NCBI RefSeq assembly: GCF_006345805.1
Contig: NC_043004.1
Coordinates: 38,626,001-38,690,000, forward strand
Direction: 5' to 3'
Origin: Octopus sinensis
Lineage: Eukaryota
Length of the DNA stretch: 64,000 bases
The position numbers and the translations under genes were made by a program. Below the pieces are notes generated by a model. The model was given only the letters and a program-made list of their open reading frames with translations. It was not told the origin of the DNA and ran no database searches. Within the stretch, counting starts at the first letter, position 1, and each line of letters opens with the position of its first letter. Of this stretch, positions 1 through 11,735 are shown piece by piece.

Positions 1-140
1 GCACAAGGCCAGAAATTTTTGCTGAGGAGGGCGGCGTGCAGACAATTATATCGATCCCATTACGTATCTGGTACTTAATTTATTGAAGCCAAAAGGTTGA
101 AAGGCAAAGTCGGCCTCGACAGAATTTGAACTTAGAGCGA
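1..140 (-). mobile_element. SINE family A fragment (alternative tail)
   Basis: aaaggcaaagtcggcctcgacagaatttgaactt is the reverse complement of the family A core. Confidence 0.75.
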
Positions 141-453
141 AAATACATATTACCAGAGAAGAAACATGGGTGTAGTCATTGTTGTTTATCTCCAGATTAT
201 CATCGATTCGTCAAATCGATAATCAAAAACAATAGATCATCTAGGATTTCGTTACATAAAACTTTGCTGTCACTGAATGGTAATGTGTTGTGTTATTTGA
301 TGGTATTTTGGTGGTATTTCAGTTAAATCTAGTTTCCGTAATTTTCACGGTCACTCACTTCCAAGACAGTTATGCTCATTAAAGGAATACATTATAAAAA
401 TCAGATAAATTTAACGATTCAGTTAGAAATTTAAGCAGAGCACCGATACTTAC

Positions 454-531
454 ATTTTCGAATCTCTTCTCCAGAAAGTCATCACTTATCAATTTGTCGT
501 TGTAGCCAATGCTTTTACGTTTTAGTAATTC
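454..531 (-). CDS. M13 peptidase exon (IGY motif); last exon found in the window
   Basis: catttatag|...AAT|gtaagt; 78 nt. Encodes ELLKRKSIGYNDKLISDDFLEKRFEN, equivalent to IGYPD. Confidence 0.9.
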
Positions 532-1257
532 CTATAAATGAAATGAAAATAATTCTAACTGTAGAAGTTAGCATCTCTTTTTATATACACAGTCACACAA
601 TTATATATGCACCAAAACCAGAGAAAATGCGCACATGCACACGGAAGAAACATTAGGTAAATTATATAGCTATGAAAGAACATGTATACAGTAGAGCCAT
701 CTACCGGTGCTAAAAAAAAATTCACCAACCGACAGAATTTCTATACTTCTCAGAATTTGACGTCTATGCAACATGGTTTATTGGAACCTTCACTGCAGTT
801 TAAGGCCTTATAAACAACACAACTAAATTAGGTTCGATGTGTTAATTAATCTTCGTTACAAAGGATGTCTCTGTCACTAATAATTAATTTATAAACATCC
901 TGCATACTTTGCGTGACATGAAATTCTTTCTTGGGCAGAATTATTCAATATCAATTTCACTGATATTTGGTCTGGCATTCGTTGCTTGATTAGCTGCTAC
1001 TGATGATTTGCAATAACGTAATACGGTAGTGCTGTCCTCTGGTAATGAGAAAAATTCGCCATCGAAAGAATTTAGAAGCTTCTTAGTATTTTCGTGTACA
1101 CGAACTGATTTTCCAGGTCGTCACCGTAATCTCAGGCGTTATAAACATCATACTCAAGTTAAGTGGGATGTGCTAATTTATAAACTGCTATGTGCATCAA
1201 ATTATTTTCATCTGCACCTTGAGAAAATACTTTACCCTGTCTAACTATTTATCTGTC

Positions 1258-1336
<79 letters not shown>

Positions 1337-1751
1337 GAGGCCTATGGGACGGTCGGACAATTTGTTTTGAGAAAATTTGGTTTAAATGTTTGACAACTCA
1401 GCACCGTCCATTGGACGGGGGGCATTTTGCTCGTATATATATATATATATTATATATATATATATCAACAATTGAGGGTAAAACTAATTAGTTATTAATC
1501 AATTCCACCAAAGTAGTGTTCAGTATGTAAAAGGACCATTTAAGGCGAATTCAAAATATTACATTATATAATTAGGGCTTAGTAAAATAAATTACTTTGC
1601 CACATACTGAACTTTCTAGAAATAGCAGCCAAAAAGTTTTTTAGCCATTTCCACTACTTTAAGAAAATTTCTCTCAGATAATGTTTACTCAAAAATAACT
1701 CACGAAGATATGGAGGTAAAAACAGTAAAATATCACAAGTACAAAGATCAT

Positions 1752-1813
1752 TTGAGAACGTCAACGTTTCTAGATTAGCCAAATAAAACTCAGCATTTCC
1801 TTCGTCAGCTCAA
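1752..1813 (-). ncRNA. Candidate type I hammerhead ribozyme (array copy 1)
   Basis: Minus strand reads UUGAG-CUGACGA-[31 nt]-GAAA-CGUUGACG-U-U-CUCAA. Stem I has 5 bp and stem III has 3 bp plus a UUGA loop. Stem II is imperfect, with an extra A before GAAA. Confidence 0.55.
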
Positions 1814-2322
1814 CATTTCTTAATTTTGGATTTGAAAGCACTAAAAGAATGAACATACCCCTCCGGCAACGTATCACCTCAGACGAACACGCTCAGACTG
1901 CCAGTACTAGCAAATTCAAAATGTACAAGCGAAGATTCATGTTCTCTCCCCTTCCACCCACGTGAGTTATCTAGTAAACATATATTTTAACGGTGAGAAC
2001 CGTAGCAATAGAACAGAGAGAAAGGAATTATAATATCAACAATTGAGGGTAAAATTAATTAGTTATTAATCAATTTCACCAAAGTAGTGTTCAGTATGTA
2101 AAAGGACCATTTAAGGCGAATTCAAAATATTACATTATATAATTAGGGCTTAGTAAAATAAATTACTTTGCCACATACTGAACTTTCTAGAAATAGCAGC
2201 CAAAAAGTTTTTTAGCCATTTCCACTACTTTAAGAAAATTTCTCTCAGATAATGTTTACTCAAAAATAACTCACGAAGATATGGAGGTAAAAACAGTAAA
2301 ATATCACAAGTACAAAGATCAT

Positions 2323-2384
2323 TTGAGAACGTCAACGTTTCTAGATTAGCCAAATAAAACTCAGCATTTCCTTCGTCAGCTCAA
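2323..2384 (-). ncRNA. Candidate type I hammerhead ribozyme (array copy 2)
   Basis: Identical motif 571 bp from copy 1. Confidence 0.55.
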
Positions 2385-2748
2385 CATTTCTTAATTTTGG
2401 ATTTGAAAGCACTAAAAGAATGAACATACCCCTCCGGCAACGTATCACCTCAGACGAACACGCTCAGACTGCCAGTACTAGCAAATTCAAAATGTACAAG
2501 CGAAGATTCATGTTCTCTCCCCTTCCACCCACGTGAGTCATCTAGTAAACATATATTTTAACGGTGAGAACCGTAGCAATAGAACAGAGAGAAAGGAATT
2601 ATAATATCAACAATTGAGGGTAAAACTAATTAGTTATTAATCAATTTCACCAAAGTAGTGTTCAGTATGTAAAAGGACCATTTAAGGCGAATTCAAAATA
2701 TTACATTATATAATTAGGGCTTAGTAAAATAAATTACTTTGCCACATA

Positions 2749-3213
2749 CTGAGAGAAATTTTCTTAAAGTAGTGGAAATGGCTAAAAAACTTTTTGGCTG
2801 CTATTTCTAGAAAGTTCAGTATGTGGCACAGAACATGAATCTTCGCTTGTACATTTTGAATTTGCTAGTACTGGCAGTCTGAGCGTGTTCGTCTGAGGTG
2901 ATACGTTGCCGGAGGGGTATGTTCATTCTTTTAGTGCTTTCAAATCCAAAATTAAGAAGTGTTGAGCTGACGAGGGAAATGCTGAGTTTTATTTGGCTAA
3001 TCTAGAAACGTTGACGTTCTCAAATGATCTTTGTACTTGTGATATTTTACTGTTTTTACCTCCATATCTTCGTGAGTTATTTTTGAGTAAACATTATCTG
3101 AGAGAAATTTTCTTAAAGCAGTGGAAATGGCTAAAAACTTTTTGGCTGCTATTTCTAGAAAGTTCAGTATGTGGCAAAGTAATTTATTTTACTAAGCCCT
3201 AATTATATAATGT
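2749..3213 (+). repeat. Inverted, rearranged copy of the 571-bp unit
   Basis: 2749-2828 and 2830-3213 are reverse complements of parts of the unit; the segment ends in (TA)n. Confidence 0.95.
2962..3023 (+). ncRNA. Candidate type I hammerhead ribozyme (inverted copy)
   Basis: ttgag ctgacga ggg... gaaa cgttgacg tt ctcaa on the plus strand. Confidence 0.5.
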
Positions 3214-3388
3214 TATATATATATATATATATATATTTATTATATAGAAGGAGCTTCTACAGGACTAGAACTGTTTCATTCGAGAGAAATCTTCCTGTAG
3301 AAGCTCCTTCTATATAATAAATTAATTTTACTCTGCTATGTATTGAGTACCTTATTTACTGTGGTTAACCCCGAATCAACCCGGGACC

Positions 3389-3442
<54 letters not shown>

Positions 3443-3454
3443 TCATCGTATAAA

Positions 3455-3760
3455 CAAAGCATGTTTTTGTTAACTTTTATTTTTCAGAATTAAAATAAAG
3501 TTCTTTATTAATCTAAAATATACTCTTCTTCATTTTCAACAATGCTCTTCCATCAATCTGATAGATTTGCAAGGTCATTTGTCCGCGAGGAAAAACACTC
3601 CTGACCTCGTCTACAGAATTCATATTTTGGGGATCCGAAATGATTTTGAAGACTGCAGAATAAATGATAATCAGATGGGGCAATGTTTTGACCTGTTTTT
3701 AAATAATTAAACCAAAAATTATTGATCATATTGGGACAAGGCTAACAATTGCTGTTTGCA
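3455..3760 (-). mobile_element. Mariner transposase 3' remnant
   Basis: The minus frame ends in ...RWKSIVENEEEYILD*, the typical mariner C-terminus. Confidence 0.6.
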
Positions 3761-4631
3761 AGCAATTCAATTAAATTTACCTCAGTATCCTATCGGTGTT
3801 ACTAAACGGATACTAAACGGATGAAAGGCAAAATCAATTATTTTGGATTGCAAATTACACAACATAGCGACTAACACTTGTGGAAAAAAAACTCGGAGAG
3901 AGCGTAACAGCAAGTGGTCCTCAGAGGAGAAACCCCTTTTAGGCAAGTGTTTCGGCCCTTAACTCCTGACACTCTACGGGGGTCAGATTCCCGGATGTCC
4001 ACCTGCTGTCCGTTTTAGTACACCTTAGGTGGGATTTGTTTCTCTGGTTTCCAGCACTGCTGTGATGTGTTCTGGGGCCCTGAGAAGGGCTAAGTTTTCA
4101 GCTGGCCACACTGGCTACACAAGGCCTATACGACTACGCCAATCTAGCACTCGTTTGAATTGAGGCAAATTAAGCCTCATGAATTTGGCCTTTGTTCCTC
4201 CTAGATCAGATCTAACTTGAGGCCTTCTCCGCCGCTTCTCCCATGGCCCTCAAGGTTTTAGTTTAGTATGTAAAGTTCCTATCTTTCGTTTGAAATCATT
4301 TATATTTAGAAGACGGGTTTACCAGCCAAATAAACAATCATTTTTAACAATTGCCCTTGGTTGAATAGACACGACTAATTGACTGTTAGCTAGTTTATCA
4401 ACGAGAGACGAAAGGCAAGGCTGATTGTAGCATTTGAAATCAGAACAAATAGTCGCAAGTACATAATGCATCGTATTTCCTCTGGTATCCTACGAATCAG
4501 TTACTTTTAAGAATGATAAACATATAAAAGAAATTGTATAACAAGAATTGATCTTGTTTCTATAAATGTCAGTGTGAATTTTCTAATAATTATTCAAATT
4601 GTGAAAGCAACTTCTTGGAATATTTTATTAC

Positions 4632-4736
4632 CTTTGCTTTATCTAGAACTTGCTTCTTACTCTGCACATCCAACCACTTATTTCTTTCGAATATAGCAAT
4701 TAAGGCTTTACCCATATAATCAGCGATTTCATTACT
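4632..4736 (-). CDS. M13 peptidase exon (WMD-equivalent)
   Basis: tttattttag|...AAG|gtaata; 105 nt. Encodes SNEIADYMGKALIAIFERNKWLDVQSKKQVLDKAK. Confidence 0.92.
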
Positions 4737-4823
4737 CTAAAATAAACAAAAAAAAAGGCATATAACATACGGAATTGTTACTTTTGTAGAAGGCTACAAG
4801 CAAATATAAAAATGTATCACACA

Positions 4824-4885
<62 letters not shown>

Positions 4886-5033
4886 ACACGATTATGAATT
4901 TGTGTTGGAAGATTCTTGATGTGAAACCATGTGTTGGAATAGATACTGTATTTCAGAAAGGACATTTTTTTTTGCAAAATATACACACAATATATATTCG
5001 CTTTCCACGCGTTTATTACTGTTCATATTTTAA

Positions 5034-5215
5034 CTCATATCCATTGTCCGGTAATCTTTTGTCACGCATCTGTGACCTCTTCAGTGACGTTTTCCGTCCT
5101 CGTGCGTGCTCCTGTTCCGCCGCTTAGTCGATTCTCAACAGAATGGTTTAGCAGAGCAGGAGCATTAAAGAGGTCTCAGATGTGTGAGGAAAGATTTCCT
5201 GACAATGGACATGAG
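5034..5215. mobile_element. 182-bp MITE with about 45-bp imperfect TIRs and TTAA flanks (piggyBac-like target)
   Basis: Left end ttaa|CTCATATCCATTGTCCGGTAATCTTT; right end AAAGATTTCCTGACAATGGACATGAG|ttaa. Confidence 0.75.
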
Positions 5216-5938
5216 TTAAAATAAAAACACTAATAAACGCGTGAAGAACGAAGTGCATGTGCTTATTTGACAAAAAAAATGATCATCCCGAAATGCAAGA
5301 AGAACAACAACATATATATATATGTGTGTGTGTGTGTGTCTGCGTGTGTTCGTGTGTGTGAGTGTGTGTGTGTCTGTGTCTTGTTCTTCGGGATAGTAAT
5401 TGATATGTGATATGATATGATATGACATTCATGATATATAATACATCCACAATATATATAATATACATAAAGCCGAGCTGCTCCACCAAGCCACATTCTA
5501 CAGCTAAGCAAATCCTAGGTGTCAAACAGAAGCAACCATTTCCCCAGTATCGTTTTCCAGATATTCGATGGAAAAATTTTGGTAGTAAGGTGAACTTAAA
5601 TATATCTCTCAATTGCGTGATAGATAATCTATCGTACAGGAAAACTTGTTTGTGTGTACATATGTGTGTGTGTTTATGTGTACGTAGAAGATTCACTATG
5701 TTGAATCATGCTATGTTCTAATTTGCCTTATGTACGAAAGGTAAATTCGAGCACCTCTTGATTACAAAACATAAGAACATCCAAAACGAAATATTGCAAA
5801 AATATTACAAATTCATCACTATCACATACAAATAAAATAATCTAACATTTCTTTTGAATCAAAATAGATGATGCTAGTATTTATTGAAGGTAACGAGCAT
5901 CTTACTATAGGTATATATACATATAGATACACACACAT

Positions 5939-5987
<49 letters not shown>

Positions 5988-6960
5988 GTCGAATTTTACC
6001 CGTCTATATCAAAAGAACTACTGCCCAAGGTGCTTTCTGTCGCTAGGGGATTCATTAACATTAGTGACAGCGATGTAGAGGTTATGCATTCCAGACAGAC
6101 AGTGCTGTTGAACAAAGGTTCGGTATGGGTCAAGCAATCTGACCCCACGGGTTCTTTTGATGTAGCGATGGGATCCTCTGACCGGGCTGACGTATGCGAA
6201 CTAATCGGGTTGTATATCCTCAATATCCTTATGAATAAGTTCCCTTCTGTCGTCTTCGGCTTCTACAGAGATGACGCCCTGGCCATCTCTAGAGGAACAA
6301 GCAGGCATACACTAGACCGGCTTAGAAAACATCTAATCAACATGCTTGCCTCCATGAGTTTGAAAATCGCCATAAAGGCCAACCTCACAACCGCGAACTT
6401 CTCAGACGTCACGCTCGGCTTGGGCTCCAGTACATACAGGCCCTACCACAAACCAATCAAGAGGCTAATATACATCAACACAGCCTTCTGTCATCCGCCC
6501 ATCCTTTTCAAAAACCTGATAAAGGTTGTTAGTAAGGGGATCACGAACCTTTCCTTCAACCACGAGATTCTCGACGCAGCGGCCCCGTACTATAACGAGG
6601 CCCCAGCTGCCAGCGGATTTAGGGACCACATCCCCTCAGTCCCGGAGCCAAACAACGGCAGAAGTACCATTTGGTTTTCCCCATCCCATTTCTCTTAACA
6701 TAAAAACACCCATAGATAGAATATTCCTTAAATTGATAGATAAGCATCTCACTAGCTCTCACATGTACGGGCCCATTTTCAACAGGTAGAACGTTAGACT
6801 CTCGTTTAGCTGTGCCCTCAATGATAAGAGAATCCTAGTTAGCGCCCCTAAGCCATAGGAAGAGGCAGTATGTTCATGCAGTGGCCGAAACAGATGCCTG
6901 GTGCGAGAGCACTACAAAACCAAAGAGGTCGTCAATCAAGCCGAAGTATTAGCAAACCCT
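5988..6960 (+). mobile_element. Penelope-like element RT/thumb fragment, 5'-truncated at a (TA)n tract
   Basis: Motifs FYPSIS, FDVAMGS..ADVCELIGLYIL, FYRDDALA, HPP and IWFSP (equivalent to IWFNPP), followed by a decayed Cys-rich/GIY-start segment (CSCSGRNRC..KEVVNQAEV). Confidence 0.9.
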
Positions 6961-7087
6961 GGTAATACCGCCGGCAGAAGCAGAAGCAGCCGTAGACACG
7001 AGAACAGAATCAGTAACACCGCCACTATCGCCACAGTTAACAACATTAGCAACAATAGCAATAACTGCACCAGCGATAGTATTGGCA

Positions 7088-7318
7088 GGCGGCGAGCTGG
7101 CTGAAACGTTAGCACGCCGGGCGAAATACTTAGCAGTATGTCTGTCTTTACGTTCTGAGTTCAAATTCCGCCGAGGTCGACTTTGCCTTTCATTCTTTCG
7201 GGGTCGATAAATTAAGTACGAGTTACGTTCTGTGGTCGATGTAATCGACTTAATCCGTTTGTCTGTCCTTGTTTGTCCCCTCTATGCTTATTTTCTTGTG
7301 AGCAATAAAGAACTAAGC
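7088..7318 (+). mobile_element. tRNA-derived SINE family A
   Basis: Head GGCGGCGAGCTGGC, B box GAGTTCAAATTC, TSD ATTGGCA (7081-7087 and 7319-7325). Confidence 0.9.
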
Positions 7319-7827
7319 ATTGGCAGGTCCCTCGTCGGCAACAACACTACAACAACAGCAGCATCGCCATCAATACCAGCATTACCAACAGCTTCCCTAA
7401 CATCCACAGTAGCACACCTGACAACCCTATAGATGCAACAACAGGTCCAGTGCCACTGCCAGCTAAAACGGCAACAACAGCTGCAACAGCATCGACAGTG
7501 GCCCTAGCACAAACACCAGCGTCACCACAGCTAATGAGATCTCTAGCAGCAATGTTAGCTCTCCCATCAGAACTCAGCACTCAAAACTACTTTAACAAGT
7601 ATGTGTCCTTGTATGTGATTGTTTTTGGTTATATTAATGTTTATGGTATATATCAAATATTAGACTGAAGAAATTCCTCAGCCGTAACTTGGATACCAGA
7701 GCTTATGACATGAAATATAGGTAATATATTCGGTTCCAAAAATGATTCCCTGTTGACTTCCTTAATTTAAAATAGATCAAAGAATGATATTATTATTCCC
7801 TTGTGCATTAATAAAGCATCACATTAC

Positions 7828-7956
7828 CTTTTTTCTATTTTCCTCTGGAAAATATTTGTTCACATACATTTTCCCCAGGAGTCTTGGAGCGTAACTTTTG
7901 CTTAATTCCAGACAAAGATTAGGGCGTGTGTTTTGCGTATTTAGGTTTTCGCCGTG
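7828..7956 (-). CDS. M13 peptidase exon
   Basis: cctatttag|...AAG|gtaatg; 129 nt. Encodes HGENLNTQNTRPNLCLELSKSYAPRLLGKMYVNKYFPEENRKK, containing the conserved Cys and the GxxYVxxxF motif. Confidence 0.93.
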
Positions 7957-8028
7957 CTAAATAGGTTAAAGAATAAAGATAAATTGTTATTATACATAGA
8001 AATTATGACAATTTTTGAAAAGAATACC

Positions 8029-8265
8029 TAGTTCTTTACTACCCACAAGGAGCTAAACACAGAAGGGACAAAAAAAGGACAGGCAAACGGATTAAGTCGA
8101 TTATATCGGCCCCAGTGCGTAACTGGTACTTATTTAATCGACCACGAAAGGATGAAAGACAAAGTCGACCTCGGCAGAATTTGAACTCAGAACATACCGA
8201 CTGACGAAATACTACTGAGCATTTTTTCCCGGTGTGCTAACGTTTCTGCCAGCTCGCCGCCTACC
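8029..8265 (-). mobile_element. SINE family A, full monomer
   Basis: 17-bp TSD TTTTTGAAAAGAATACC at 8012-8028 and 8266-8282. Confidence 0.92.
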
Positions 8266-8419
8266 TTTTTGAAAAGAATACCATACCTATAAATGACAAG
8301 CTTATGTTCACAAGAGTAGTAGCAGCATTGGTTTGTAAGTTGGTCAAAACTCTAACGTTGTTAATTGTGAAGTTACACAGAAGTATTTTCCTATACGCCT
8401 ATGTACGAGGTAAAGTTCG

Positions 8420-8870
8420 AGATAAGCTCTACAGGCACGGATGTTTTTACCGACGGGCTTCTCTGAGGTGCTCACAGAGCGATGAAACTGTTCTGCATGA
8501 ACTCATTCAGTGCCCGGGCATTTCTAATTTGCGCAGTTATGTCGAACAGCTGCTGTCGCGTGTAGGACAGATCCGTTTGTCGTCCGTTTGCCTCACCATC
8601 CTCCTTTAATCGGGCTGGCAAGGCAGTTTTCCTTTGTCTGATGGCTGTGGCAAAAAGGGTTATCTAGTGGATGAGACTAAAAAGGATGAGGACAGAAATT
8701 TTCCTCTTTGGTAAAGTCTTCATCGACGTTTTTAAGTTTTACTTGAAAAGGAAAGTTGGGGTGGAACGGGAGGTGCTGCCCTCGAGTGGGTTTATGAAAA
8801 GGTGGGTGTAATTTGCGAAAATGGTAAGAGTGGATGGTACCAATCTCAGTGTAGACCTGTGAGTCGGAAG
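8420..8870 (+). mobile_element. L1/Tx1-like LINE 3' fragment (zinc-knuckle region)
   Basis: VRDKLYRHG...RCSQSDETVLHELIQCP is a decayed C-x2-C...ET..H...C motif. Confidence 0.7.
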
Positions 8871-9061
8871 AAAGAAGTTGGAGTGGGTTCTCGTCCTTGG
8901 TATTCAGGGTGATCTTAGATTGTGGATTTCCTTGATTATCCCAAGAGGTTCTCCTAAATCAGAGGGGAACTCCACAAACTCGCTTTTTTCTTCTTTTTCT
9001 AGTGTCATATAATATGTATACTTCCCTTCTTCTAATGTATACCCTTTTACTCTTTTAATTG

Positions 9062-9465
9062 TTTCAGTCATTTGACTACGGCCATGCTGGAGCACCGCCT
9101 TTAGTCGAGCAAATCGACCCCGGGACTTATTCTTTGTAAGCCCAGTACTTATTCTATCGTAAGCCCAGTACTTATTCTTTTGCCGAACCGCTATGTGACG
9201 GGGACGTAAACACACCAGCATCGGTTGTCAAGCAATGCTAGGGAGAAAAACACAGACACACGAACACATACACACACATACATATATACATACATATATA
9301 CGACAGGCTTCTTTCAGTTTCCGTCTACCAAATCCACTCACAAGGCATTGGCCGGCCCGGGGCTATAGCAGAAGAGACTTGCCCAAGATGCCACGCGGTG
9401 GGACTGAACCCGGAACCATGTGGTTGGTTAGCAAGCTACTTACCACACAGCCACTCCTGCGCCTA
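9062..9465 (-). mobile_element. tRNA-derived SINE family B
   Basis: Reverse complement of the GGAGTGGCTGTGTGGTAAG...CAAATGACTGAAAC element; carries a small internal duplication near 9130-9180. Confidence 0.9.
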
Positions 9466-9979
9466 TACCGTGTTATAATTTTATTTTATCATTCCATTAT
9501 ATGTAGACCCCCAACACTTTATGTCTGTCTTTGTTTTTCCCACAAATCCTTCGCCCTTGTGACAAATAAAAGACGGTTAATTGTAGTATTATATATATAA
9601 AGGTACAAAATAATGTACATAATAATCACACATACAAACATTCACATATTTCCCTTGTACACCTACATACATACACACATTTACTCATACAGAGTTGAAA
9701 CGCTGTTTGATTTTTCTTCTCAGCGTTGAATGTTCACCATCCTACTTCCATTGCATACACACACACAGACGTTCAGATACCTTCTTTTCATATACACACG
9801 CATATATTCACACAGTTGAACCGCTGTTTACTTATTTCTTTCACTGTAGTATTTCCATCAAACCACTACCACTTCGCCATTACCCCTCCCGTCCTTATTC
9901 ATCTATCATCCCTTCCGTTCTCATTCATACGTTGTGATGGAGAAAAGCACAAGAGTACTATTATAGTAGATTATCATAA

Positions 9980-10040
<61 letters not shown>

Positions 10041-10200
10041 CACCTTGTTATATAACATTACAATAATATTAACAACTACATGCCACAAGCATTGGTGTAT
10101 ATATATATATGGACGTACGTATGTATATGTACATGCATGCACGTAAGTATGTATAGGATTACAAATATCAAATGAAAAAATGAATACATTTAATACTTAC

Positions 10201-10282
10201 TAATTTAGATTCTTTCAAAGAAGGGTTTAATACGCTATGCAATTCTATAAATAAGGATGTAGACATGATGTTAAGCATGGTT
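10201..10282 (-). CDS. M13 peptidase exon
   Basis: poly-T-gcag acceptor, TTA|gtaagt donor; 82 nt (phase 2 to 0). Encodes (Q)TMLNIMSTSLFIELHSVLNPSLKESKL, aligning by eye to neprilysin [26 protein letters not shown]. Confidence 0.9.
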
Positions 10283-10369
10283 CTGCAAAAAAAAAAAAAA
10301 AGATGTTCTTAGTTATGCTTATAACACGACATTAGACGCAATCGGCATGCTTGCTGCCGAAACAATCAT

Positions 10370-11010
10370 TTTAGGGGTTCATTTCATATTCACAGCTTAA
10401 TCAGGCAAAATTTGACGATTTGCATAAAAGGATTAGAAAACAAAATATTCAATCCAAAGATAAATCATATTTAAAAATCACAAAATATCAACTTTATTAT
10501 TGCTGGGAGATATCAGCTTGCACAAATTTGCCACCCCTAGCTTCCACCACGGCCTCACGATGGCTCCGGAATCTAGCGCGTACTTCTATATTGTGTTCCT
10601 GAGATGATCTTCGAACACCTCCTTGATCTTAGCCATCGGCACCTCCTAAGTGTCACAGGCAGAGAGGATGTTGCCTTTATCAGCCACACCTCACACATAG
10701 TAATCCATGAGGGAATTAGGAGGTTAAGAACTTTGACTGGTGAAGTTTGCAAAAATTTTCTGACAACGACTTTTGATTTTTTTCGTGGGTATGGCAAGTA
10801 ACCGAATCCTGCTGCCGCACATATGGTCTTTCAATAGCATTCTTCTCCAGCCAGGGATTTGACCACAGTAAACAGTAGCTTCACAACCGTATGAATTGGA
10901 TCTAAAGTTATATTCAAATAGGGGTATGCCTGTTGTCTCCCTTTCTTGATAACTACTGCTTCGTAGTCTCCATTGCAGCTGTCCGTGTCTTATTCCACAA
11001 CCTCTACAGT
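10370..11010 (-). mobile_element. Tc1/mariner (maT/DD37D-like) transposase remnant
   Basis: Frameshifted WLEKNAIERPYVRQQDS, PPNSxMDYYV and ARFRSHREAVVEARGGKF segments. Confidence 0.75.
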
Positions 11011-11277
11011 GATCACAGACCATAGAATAGCTATCATGGTGTCTGCATTTTGATACCCGGTGTGAATCAACAGGATTGGCTCAATCTTTTCCAATAGTGA
11101 AATGGCTTCCAATCCTACATGTCAGTTAATTTTTTCTAAACAACATTAATCTTTATGCTCTAGAATGCTGTTAACTGTTCATAAATATATCGAGCTATTC
11201 ATAAAAGTCTTCATAAGTCGTATAGATTTATAAAAGAGACTAAACAATCATACGACGTTCAAACCTTTCTGAATAGC

Positions 11278-11405
11278 AGCGTAGGAGTGGCTGTGTGGTA
11301 AGTAGCTTGTTTACCAACCACATGGTTCCTGGTTCTACTATAGCCTCGGGCCGACCAAAGCCTTGTGAGTGGATTTGGTAGACGGAAACTGAAAGAGGCC
11401 CGTCG

Positions 11406-11438
<33 letters not shown>

Positions 11439-11447
11439 TATATATAT

Positions 11448-11522
<75 letters not shown>

Positions 11523-11735
11523 TGTGTTTGTGCGTCTGTGTTTGTCCCCCCCCCCCCCAACATCGCTTGTCAACCGATGCTTGTGTGTTTACGTCACCGT
11601 AACTTAGCGGTTCGGCAAAAGAGACCGATAGAATAAGTACTAGGCTTACAAAGAATAAGTTCTGGGGTCGATTTGCTCGACAAAAGGCGGTGCTCCAGCA
11701 TGGCCGTAGTCAAATGACTGAAACAAGTAAAAGAG
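11278..11735 (+). mobile_element. SINE family B with internal TA/TG microsatellite
   Basis: Family B head, central microsatellite and (AAAAGAGT)n-type tail. Confidence 0.9.

Larger units (their letters stand above)
1463..2752 (-). repeat. Head-to-tail array of a 571-bp non-coding unit (about 2.26 copies) starting at a (TA)n tract
   Basis: The motif CAACAATTGAGGG recurs at 1466, 2037 and 2608 (period 571). Copies differ at only about 3 positions by eye. Confidence 0.95.

Noticed and set aside
1463-2752. CRISPR-like interpretation of the regular repeats
   Set aside because: The whole unit repeats with no unique spacers, there are no cas genes, and the context is eukaryotic.
2940-3125. A-to-G/T-to-C differences between the inverted and direct copies as an ADAR-edited cDNA signature
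   Set aside because: There are only three substitutions, on mixed strands, and ordinary transitions explain them.
4632-4640. Possible GC donor 6 nt upstream (AAA|gcaaag) giving canonical K-to-IGY spacing
   Set aside because: It is a poor match to the GC-donor consensus, whereas the GT donor is good.
5500-5640. ORF segment ITQLRDIFKFTL resembling neprilysin IAQIREVFIQTL
   Set aside because: There is no phase-0 acceptor, and exon 4632-4736 fits this position with the W-x-D motif.
7088-7170. tRNA gene
   Set aside because: A/B boxes are present but there is no cloverleaf; it is a SINE head repeated many times with TSDs.
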